NCBI GenBank assembly: GCA_965207185.1
Contig: OZ242271.1
Location: forward strand, 64,806-128,805
Direction of reading: 5' to 3'
Length of the DNA stretch: 64,000 nucleotides
Source: Chloroflexota bacterium
Lineage (GTDB): Bacteria > Chloroflexota > UBA11872
Numbering within the stretch: the stretch's first letter is position 1; every line of letters starts with the position of its first letter. The position numbers were made by a program, and so were the translations under genes. Below the pieces are notes generated by a model. That model was not told the origin of the DNA. It saw nothing but the letters and a program-made list of their open reading frames with translations, and ran no database searches. Of the stretch, positions 56,499 through 64,000 are shown piece after piece.

Positions 56499-57269
56499 TT
56501 AGTCACGCGGTTCCAGCCGGCGGATAACGGCCAGGCTGCTGGCTGCGGCGGACCGTGGGTCCGACAGCGCCATGTTGACTTCCACGCTCACCGGTCCGTC
56601 GTAGTCGGATTCCACAACCGCGCGTAAGGCGTCGCTGACCCAGGCTTCGTCCTGGACGCCTTCGAGCAGGCCCAGATGCAGGTCGCTCTGGGCATCGTTG
56701 TCGTTCACGTGCACGTACTGGAGCCGGTCGCCGGCGGCCTGGATCGACTCGTCAACCGACTCGCCGGCGATCTGGTTGTGGCCCGCGTCCAGCAGCAGGT
56801 ACAGGTTGCCGTGGCCGCAGCCCGCGATGAAGTCGAGGGTCTGGCAGACGGTCGGAAGGCCACGTCCGGGGAAGTGCTCGATGCCGAGGCGGATACCGGC
56901 GCGCTGGGCTTCGTCGGCCAGGGCAAGGGCCGATTCGCGGTAGGCGGTAAGCGCTGGGGCATCAGGCGCGGCGGGCGGCGCGAGGTAGACGTCGGTGATG
57001 CCAAGGGTCTGGGCTTCAAGGATTCCGTCTCGGACGTGCTCAACGGCGATCTGACGAGCCGGCTCCGAAGTTGCGTCCAGCAGCGCACCTTCCGGCATCA
57101 GGTGGGCCACGGCCATGCATGTGACAGGCAGGCTGCGTTCGGCATCGGGGAGCCTGCTGTACCCGGGACGGACATCAACGGACTGGAAGCCCGCGTCAGC
57201 GGCGAATGCCGTGGCGACAGCCGGATCGTCAGGCAGGCCCCACAGGCAGAACGCGACATGCAGGCTCAT
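56499..57269 (-). CDS. Sugar phosphate isomerase/epimerase (xylose isomerase-like TIM barrel)
   Basis: It is 256 aa with the AP-endonuclease-2-like TIM-barrel metal ligands (...LGIEHFP... and ...LLLDAGH...). Confidence 0.75.
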   Translation of the reverse strand: MSLHVAFCLWGLPDDPAVATAFAADAGFQSVDVRPGYSRLPDAERSLPVTCMAVAHLMPEGALLDATSEPARQIAVEHVRDGILEAQTLGITDVYLAPPAAPDAPALTAYRESALALADEAQRAGIRLGIEHFPGRGLPTVCQTLDFIAGCGHGNLYLLLDAGHNQIAGESVDESIQAAGDRLQYVHVNDNDAQSDLHLGLLEGVQDEAWVSDALRAVVESDYDGPVSVEVNMALSDPRSAAASSLAVIRRLEPRD

Positions 57270-57282
57270 GGGCGGCAGTTTC

Positions 57283-58755
57283 TCACGCGTCGGAAGGGGC
57301 CGCGGCCCAGCGGCGGGTGCGCTGGACGGCGCGGCGCCAGGTCGGCCGGTCTATTGAAAGGGAAGAATGCCCGGGGGCAAAGCGTGCCGGGTCGTCACGC
57401 AACGAGCGTAGTTCGTCGATGCTCGACCAGACGCCGTGGGCCAGGCCGGCCAGGTAAGCCGCGCCAAGCGCCGTCGTCTCAACATCCGCGGGTCGGGCGA
57501 CCGTGCGGGCAGCGCTGGCGGCCTGGAGCTGAAGGAGCAAGTCGTTGGCCGCGGCGCCGCCGTCGACCAGAAGATCGCCGGACAGCAGCGGCATGAGATC
57601 GAGGACGTCCTGAACCTGGTGGACGATGGCTTCCAGCGCGGCACGGGCCAGGTGAGCAGCCGTGACCCCGCGCGTGAGGCCCAGGATTGCACCGCGGGCA
57701 TCGGGATCCCAGTAGGGCGCGCCCAATCCTGTAAATGCGGGCACGATCACCGCGCCGGCGGTGTCAGATACGTCGTGCGCCAGCGCTTCGACATCGGGGG
57801 CGGCATCAATCAGTCCAAGTTCGTCGCGCAGCCATTGAACCAGGGCGCCGGCGGTGAAGACGCTGCCCTCATAGGCGTAGGTAAGGCCATTCGGCTGCCC
57901 CAGCGCCACGGTGGTGAGCAGGTGGTCGATGTCCGCAGGGCGCGAATCGCCGGCGTGCTGGAGCAGGAAGCAGCCGGTGCCGTAGGTCACCTTGGCGGCG
58001 CCGCTCGAAACGCCAAGGTGGCCAAAGAGTGCGGCCTGCTGATCGCCGGCGATTCCACTGATGGGTGTTCCCGCGGGTACCGGAGCGTCGGCGCCAGCGA
58101 CGGCGGTTCGGCCAATCGAGGGCACGACTTCGGGCAGAGCCTCCGCGGGAACTCCGAACAGTTCAGTCATGTCGGTCGACCAGCGGCCGGCATTGATGTC
58201 CATCAGCAGGGTTCGAGAGGCGTTGGTGGCGTCAGTGACGTAGGCGCCGCAGCTGAGGCGGGCAATCAACCAGGAGTCCACGGTTCCGAAGCGCAGACGC
58301 CCCGCGTCGCGCGCCGCGGCGACTTCGGGAACGTGCTTCAGCATCCAGGCGAACTTGCCGGCGCTGAAATACGGGCTGAGACGCAGGCCGGTCGCGGCTC
58401 GAATGGCCTCCCCCTGACCGTGGGCTTCCAGGTCAGCCATCTCAGGCGCGGTCCGGACGTCCTGCCAGACGATGGCGGGCGTGAGCGGCTCGAGGGTGGC
58501 GGCATCCCAGGCAACGGCCGTCTCGCGCTGGTTGGTGATGCCAATGGCTTCAACGGTATCGGGACTCGAAGCCCTCAATACCTTGCGCGCACTGCGCTGC
58601 ACGCCTTCCCAAATCTGGCGGGGGTCGTGCTCGACCCAGCCGGGGCGCGGGTAGCTCTGGGTCACCGGCGCATACGCACGGCCGGCGATGTGGGCTCGAT
58701 GATCGACAATGAGCGTGGTGGTGCCCGTGGTGCCCTGATCGATAGCGAGAATCAC
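57283..58755 (-). CDS. glpK: Glycerol kinase
   Basis: The N-terminus VILAIDQGTTGTT is the GlpK N-terminus. The sequence ...YEGSVFTAGALVQWLRD... and the FGGY C-terminal domain are present. The GTG at 58755 was chosen. The ORF track extends to 58827. Confidence 0.85.
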   Translation of the reverse strand: MILAIDQGTTGTTTLIVDHRAHIAGRAYAPVTQSYPRPGWVEHDPRQIWEGVQRSARKVLRASSPDTVEAIGITNQRETAVAWDAATLEPLTPAIVWQDVRTAPEMADLEAHGQGEAIRAATGLRLSPYFSAGKFAWMLKHVPEVAAARDAGRLRFGTVDSWLIARLSCGAYVTDATNASRTLLMDINAGRWSTDMTELFGVPAEALPEVVPSIGRTAVAGADAPVPAGTPISGIAGDQQAALFGHLGVSSGAAKVTYGTGCFLLQHAGDSRPADIDHLLTTVALGQPNGLTYAYEGSVFTAGALVQWLRDELGLIDAAPDVEALAHDVSDTAGAVIVPAFTGLGAPYWDPDARGAILGLTRGVTAAHLARAALEAIVHQVQDVLDLMPLLSGDLLVDGGAAANDLLLQLQAASAARTVARPADVETTALGAAYLAGLAHGVWSSIDELRSLRDDPARFAPGHSSLSIDRPTWRRAVQRTRRWAAAPSDA

Positions 58756-58837
58756 TTGGGGGCAATCGGAAAGCTTGGAAGGCAGGCGTACGGTAGCATC
58801 GGGCCCGCGCGCCCAGGTCGGGCGCAAAGGGGGGCGA

Positions 58838-59401
58838 GTGGTCCTGAGCGATCGGGCTCTACGCGAGGCGATCGCGTCAGGCCGTCTGGAAATAAACCCG
58901 CTCGACGAAACTGCGATTCAGCCTTCGAGCATTGACCTGCGCCTTGGGTCTGTCTTCCGGGTCTTTGTGAATCAGACCGAGACACACATCGATCCGAAGC
59001 TGAGTCAGCCGGACCTCACCGAGGAAGTCGAGGTGGCCGAAGGCTCCAGTTTCGTCCTCCACCCCGGCGAATTTGTGCTCGGTGGCACCGTCGAGACCAT
59101 TCGGATGCCCGATGACCTGGTGGGACGCATTGAGGGTAAGAGTTCGCTGGGACGGCTAGGATTGATGGTGCACAGCACGGCCGGCTACGTGGATCCTGGC
59201 TTTCGCGGCAGTTTGACGCTGGAATTGTCGAATCACGCTAACCTGCCCATCCTGCTGTGGCCCGGCATGCGGGTCAGCCAGCTTTCGGTGATGCAATTGA
59301 CGAGCCAGGCGGAACGTCCGTACGGCTCGCAGGGTTTGGACAGCAAGTACCAGGACCAGGTGGGGTCGACCCCTAGCCGGTCGCACCTCGGATTCGCCTA
59401 G
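58838..59401 (+). CDS. dcd: dCTP deaminase
   Basis: The GTG start with the RBS GGGGGG gives MVLSDRALREAIASGRLEI..., the canonical Dcd N-terminus. The sequence ...SSLGRLGLMVHSTAGYVDPGF... is also present. Confidence 0.85.
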   Translation: MVLSDRALREAIASGRLEINPLDETAIQPSSIDLRLGSVFRVFVNQTETHIDPKLSQPDLTEEVEVAEGSSFVLHPGEFVLGGTVETIRMPDDLVGRIEGKSSLGRLGLMVHSTAGYVDPGFRGSLTLELSNHANLPILLWPGMRVSQLSVMQLTSQAERPYGSQGLDSKYQDQVGSTPSRSHLGFA

Positions 59402-59432
59402 CCGCGACGCCGGCATGGTTTAGGAGCAACTC

Positions 59433-59921
59433 ATGGCAGAAACCGCCGATCAGCCCGCAGCAGCCGCCGGCAGCGAGGAACCGTTCCTCGAATCGTCCGG
59501 CGGCGTGATCTATCGCCTGAAGAACGGCGAAGTGCAGGTGGCCGTCGTCCAGACCCAGCGCGGGGCGTGGGTCCTTCCTAAAGGCGCCGTGGAGCCCGGT
59601 GAGGCGCCGAAGGATGCGGCAGTGCGCGAGGTACTGGAGGAAACGGGCATCGTGGGCGAGGTAGTGGACGACCTTGGGGAAATCCGCTACGAAGTTCGGC
59701 CGGACCTGTGGACCGGGTTCGTACCGAAGGTCGTGCATCAGTATTTACTGAGGTCCACCGGCGGCAACATTCGGCCCGATCCGGCGGAGCACGTGGAAGC
59801 ACGTTGGGTGCCAATGCAGGACGCGGTGCGAATGCTGCATCACGTAAACGAGCGCACCATCATGCTGCGTGCTGAAGACCTGTTGACTCGACAGGATCCA
59901 GGGATCCCGGCGGGTGCCTAG
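59433..59921 (+). CDS. NUDIX hydrolase
   Basis: It has the Nudix box GAVEPGEAPKDAAVREVLEETGI, matching GX5EX7REUXEEXGU. Confidence 0.85.
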   Translation: MAETADQPAAAAGSEEPFLESSGGVIYRLKNGEVQVAVVQTQRGAWVLPKGAVEPGEAPKDAAVREVLEETGIVGEVVDDLGEIRYEVRPDLWTGFVPKVVHQYLLRSTGGNIRPDPAEHVEARWVPMQDAVRMLHHVNERTIMLRAEDLLTRQDPGIPAGA

Positions 59922-61527
59922 AGCCCTCGGCCGGCGGCGATTTGGTCATTCACTGCTGCTGGCTGCGGCCCTCGCGTTGGGACTGGTTTTTCTAGGCGGA
60001 GGCGACGCCGAGCCGACTACGTCAGCGGCGTATGGCACGCTGCGTCTCGAGGGCAGCGAGCCAGTCACGCTTGACCCGGTGCATGTTCGCGACACCAGCG
60101 CGGGCGCCTATGTGCAGGAGATCTTCGCCGGCCTGACGCGCGTCGGACCAGACTTATCGATCGAATCCGACCTGGCTGCAGGCTGGACCGTGAGCGTCGA
60201 CGGTCTGACGTATACCTTCACGATTCGGAGCGAGGCCAAGTTTCACAACGGCCGACAGCTGACCGCCGAGGACGTGGCGTGGTCGTGGATGCGCGCCCTG
60301 AATCCCGACACCGGGTCGCTTTCCGGACCAGTGTTCCTGGAAGACATTGAGGGGGCCGCAGAGTATGCGGCGGGCGAGACTGACTCGGTTTCCGGGCTGC
60401 GGATCGACGGGTCGCACACGCTGGAAGTGACGCTCGCGTCGCCGCTCTCGTTTTTTCCAAGCAAGTTGAGCGCCGGCCCGACGCTGATCGTGGATCGGCA
60501 CAATGTATCCGCCGGCGACGAGTGGTGGCGCTCGCCGAATGGGTCCGGGCCATACAAGCTGGAGGGCTGGTACCCGGAAACGCTGATTACCTTACGGCGA
60601 GCCGGGACGGCATCGTGGCTACCAGGTGGGCCTGAGATCGTGGAGTTTCACCAACTGGACGTCGGCGAAGACCTCCTGCTGTACGAAAACGACGAACTTG
60701 ATCTGGTCCACATCGGCGCGGCCGACCTGGACCGCTTCCGCGATCCCAATGAGCCGCGCGGCGAGCAGTTGCTCAGCACGCCGAACCTGGCGTTTCAGTA
60801 CCTCGGGTTCAACACGGCGCTCGCGCCGCTGGACGACGTGCACGTGCGGCGGGCCCTCGCACTGGCGACGGACCGAGCCTTTATTAACGAGGTGGTGCTA
60901 GCAGGAACACAGAGGGAGGCGAAGGGTCTGATCCCGCCGGGTCTTCCAGGACATCGGTCTGACTTTGAAGGTCTGACGTTCGACTTGGCGGCTGCCGCAG
61001 CGGAGTTGGCAAAGTCCAGCTACGGCAGCGCCGAAGCTTTGCCGCCGATTACAGTGGCGGCGCCGGGGGACAGTCTGTCGGGCAATCCGTTTCTGGAACT
61101 CGTCATTGATCCGTGGCGAACGGAACTGGGCGTGGACGTCATCATTGAGGTTCGCTCGTTCGACGACGTGGTCACCGCGCTAGACGATCCCAATCACGAC
61201 ATTCAGGCTTTTTTTCTGGGCTGGTCAGCCGACTTCCCGGATGCGTTCAATTTCACTGACGAGTTGTTTGGATCGGACCGGCCCGACAACTCCTGGCGCT
61301 TTTCCGACGCGGTTGTCGACGAGCTGATCGAGATGGCCCGCAACTCCGAGTCGAACGACGATCGGCTGGGGTACTACGGTGAGATTGAAGACCGGGTAAT
61401 CGACCAGGGGGTTCTGATTCCGTTGCTGTTCTACGTATCGCACGAGCTCGTGCAGCCCTGGGTGGAAGGCTATGCTGGTCGCCCGCTCACTCGGGAGTGG
61501 CTCACGGGCCTGATGATCACCAGATAG
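59914..61527 (+). CDS. ABC transporter substrate-binding protein, family 5 (peptide/nickel/opine type)
   Basis: It is 537 aa with the SBP_bac_5 fold (...NPDTGSLSGPVFLEDIEGA... and ...FLGWSADFPDAFNF...) and an N-terminal signal/TM. Confidence 0.8.
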   Translation: MPRALGRRRFGHSLLLAAALALGLVFLGGGDAEPTTSAAYGTLRLEGSEPVTLDPVHVRDTSAGAYVQEIFAGLTRVGPDLSIESDLAAGWTVSVDGLTYTFTIRSEAKFHNGRQLTAEDVAWSWMRALNPDTGSLSGPVFLEDIEGAAEYAAGETDSVSGLRIDGSHTLEVTLASPLSFFPSKLSAGPTLIVDRHNVSAGDEWWRSPNGSGPYKLEGWYPETLITLRRAGTASWLPGGPEIVEFHQLDVGEDLLLYENDELDLVHIGAADLDRFRDPNEPRGEQLLSTPNLAFQYLGFNTALAPLDDVHVRRALALATDRAFINEVVLAGTQREAKGLIPPGLPGHRSDFEGLTFDLAAAAAELAKSSYGSAEALPPITVAAPGDSLSGNPFLELVIDPWRTELGVDVIIEVRSFDDVVTALDDPNHDIQAFFLGWSADFPDAFNFTDELFGSDRPDNSWRFSDAVVDELIEMARNSESNDDRLGYYGEIEDRVIDQGVLIPLLFYVSHELVQPWVEGYAGRPLTREWLTGLMITR

Positions 61528-61531
61528 CCAG

Positions 61532-63133
61532 GTGCCGCTGAGCCGTCGGCGGTTTGTGCGGCTGGCGAGCAGCAGCATGGCGCTCGCGGCCCTGGCCGCC
61601 TGCGATGGTCCAGGGTCGCCTTCGTCCGACGGAGAAGGTCGGCGCCTAGAATTGCTGCTGGACGAGCCGGCCACGATCGACCCGGCCCTGGTTGCCCAAC
61701 CGAACGAGGCGACCCTGACCGCGGCCTTGTTCGAGCCGCTCGTGCGTGTCGAGCAGGGTGGTGCGACACAGTCGGCGGCAGCCGATTCGTGGCAGATCAC
61801 GGACGCTGGGCACGCCTATCAGTTCAATCTGTCGGCGAACGGTCGCTGGACCTCTGGGGAGATGGTGTCGTCCGACGACTTCGTCTGGTCCTGGAGACGC
61901 AATCTGGCGCCGGAGCTCGGAGCAACCTTCAATTACCTGTTGTTTCCGATCCAAGGAGCCGAAAACTATGCGGGCGGGGGTCGCGAGCGTGACATGCCTC
62001 GGGTTCAAGCGCCGGATACGTCGACGCTCCGGGTGCATTTGCAGGCTCCAACGCCGGGGTTCTTCGCACGGGTAGCGACGTCGACCTTTTTCCCATTGCC
62101 ACGAGCGGAGATTGAAGGCATGGGCAGCGCCTGGACATCGCCGGTGCGCATCCGCAGCAACGGGCCGTACAAGCTGGCGCAGTGGGACCGCGGGCTGGGC
62201 ATGACGCTGCATCAAAATGAACATTATGGAGGGCCGACACCGCCGGCATTCAGCGACGTAGTGGTTCGATTTCCTCGATCGGCCGACTCACGACTGCAGG
62301 ACTTTCACGCCAGCCCCGCACATGCGGCCAGCGTGAGTGGCGGCGACTACCAGGCGGCGCTGGGCGACCCCGACCTGCGACCGCAGGTACGCCTCTTCGA
62401 GCGCGCGGGCACCTGGTTTATCGTGCTTAACACGCGCAAGGCGCCGTGGGACTCCGCGGCGGTTCGGCGGGCGCTGTCACTGGCCCTTGACCGTGAGGCA
62501 CTGGCCGCCGCCGTGTTCGACCAGCCGACGCTACCGGCGCAACGGCTGACTCCAAATAGCATCCTGACGGCGGACCCAGGCGGACCACCGAACGTCGACG
62601 AGGCACGGGCCTTGCTGACAGGCGTGGGGTTCCCGAACGGGCAGGGACTGCCACCGCTGCGTTTTACCTACCACCGCACGGATCAATGGGACCGCCTGGC
62701 CGGCGAACTGGTACGCATGTGGAGCGACACGCTGGACCTGGACGTTCAGTTGGACGTGCGCGAGTGGCGAGACTTCCTGGACTTCTCGAACGACCCGGGC
62801 GACTTTGACGCGTATCGCGCCGGGTGGACGTCTGAGTATCGACATCCGTCGAACTGGCTGGACGACCTATGGCGATCCGACGTTGATTTCTTTCGTTCCG
62901 GCTGGGCAAGCGCCGAGTTCGACAGGCACCTCGAAACGGCCGCGTTCACAACTGACGAGGCAGCCCAGCGCGCGGCCTACACGGCCGCCGACGCCGTACT
63001 GGAAGCGGAGGCGCCGGCGATCGCCATCGGCCGCCACGCGTCGGCCTTTCTGCTCAAGCCAAGCGTCAGCGCGTTTGGGATTGATCCCGTGACTGGCGCC
63101 ATTGACCTCTCGCAGGTGCAACTGGACGGCTAG
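61532..63133 (+). CDS. ABC transporter substrate-binding protein, family 5, Tat/lipoprotein type
   Basis: It begins MPLSRRRFVRLASSSMALAALAAC (twin-arginine plus lipobox) and has the SBP_bac_5 fold. It is a paralog of the preceding gene. Confidence 0.8.
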   Translation: MPLSRRRFVRLASSSMALAALAACDGPGSPSSDGEGRRLELLLDEPATIDPALVAQPNEATLTAALFEPLVRVEQGGATQSAAADSWQITDAGHAYQFNLSANGRWTSGEMVSSDDFVWSWRRNLAPELGATFNYLLFPIQGAENYAGGGRERDMPRVQAPDTSTLRVHLQAPTPGFFARVATSTFFPLPRAEIEGMGSAWTSPVRIRSNGPYKLAQWDRGLGMTLHQNEHYGGPTPPAFSDVVVRFPRSADSRLQDFHASPAHAASVSGGDYQAALGDPDLRPQVRLFERAGTWFIVLNTRKAPWDSAAVRRALSLALDREALAAAVFDQPTLPAQRLTPNSILTADPGGPPNVDEARALLTGVGFPNGQGLPPLRFTYHRTDQWDRLAGELVRMWSDTLDLDVQLDVREWRDFLDFSNDPGDFDAYRAGWTSEYRHPSNWLDDLWRSDVDFFRSGWASAEFDRHLETAAFTTDEAAQRAAYTAADAVLEAEAPAIAIGRHASAFLLKPSVSAFGIDPVTGAIDLSQVQLDG

Positions 63134-63135
63134 CC

Positions 63136-63153
63136 TGGCTCGTGCAGCCAGCG
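63136..63153. terminator. Candidate bidirectional terminator hairpin between convergent genes
   Basis: The sequence CTGGCT-cgtgc-AGCCAG has a 6-bp stem and a 5-nt loop. It lies in the 23-bp gap between the SBP gene stop and the sulfurtransferase gene stop. It has no T-tract. Confidence 0.3.
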
Positions 63154-63156
63154 AGC

Positions 63157-63999
<843 letters not shown>

Positions 64000-64000
64000 T

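Overview
This is a high-GC (about 68%) bacterial chromosomal window with no rRNA, tRNA, CRISPR array or transposase that I could recognise. It is mostly co-directional, tightly packed housekeeping and respiratory genes. I cannot place the organism precisely; the act/ccm gene content is compatible with a Chloroflexota/Thermomicrobia-like or other high-GC lineage.

The centrepiece is a ~14.5 kb plus-strand block (about 11.1-25.7 kb). It encodes an Alternative Complex III (ACIII)-like quinol:cytochrome c oxidoreductase: a pentaheme ActA, a split ActB1/ActB2, two NrfD-like membrane subunits, ActD, a monoheme lipoprotein ActE and a CopD-like membrane protein. A complete System I cytochrome c maturation set (ccmE, a fused ccmA-ccmB, ccmC, ccmD, ccmF, ccmH and a ccmI-like gene) follows without a break. 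Many of these genes overlap by 1-4 nt, which suggests translational coupling.

The thiol-reductant supply genes (ccdA and two tlpA/resA-like genes) sit at the start of the window. After the ccm genes comes an frdABCD-like fumarate reductase / succinate dehydrogenase operon with small FrdC/FrdD-type anchors.

The middle of the window holds a molybdenum-hydroxylase cluster: coxM, coxS, coxL, a MoaD/ThiS-like gene ending in GlyGly, and a second coxL. Next is a low-GC islet with a bacterial PH-domain protein. Then come an SDR oxidoreductase, a secreted thermonuclease with an Excalibur domain, an SMP-30/gluconolactonase-like propeller, a vapBC toxin-antitoxin pair with a duplicated 5' remnant of vapB, and moaA. 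After moaA there is a ~0.8 kb non-coding, lower-GC region containing a degenerate ~21-22 bp tandem array with a TGAACA core.

The 3' third encodes pentose-phosphate genes (tal-pgi-zwf-opcA, rpiB), sugar and polyol catabolism (FGGY kinase, Gfo/Idh/MocA oxidoreductases, a TIM-barrel isomerase, glpK), a geranylgeranyl reductase family protein, dcd, a NUDIX hydrolase, two tandem family-5 substrate-binding proteins and a rhodanese-type sulfurtransferase.

Many long ORFs in the six-frame track are antisense or upstream-extension artefacts of the high GC content. I re-derived starts by hand where I could.
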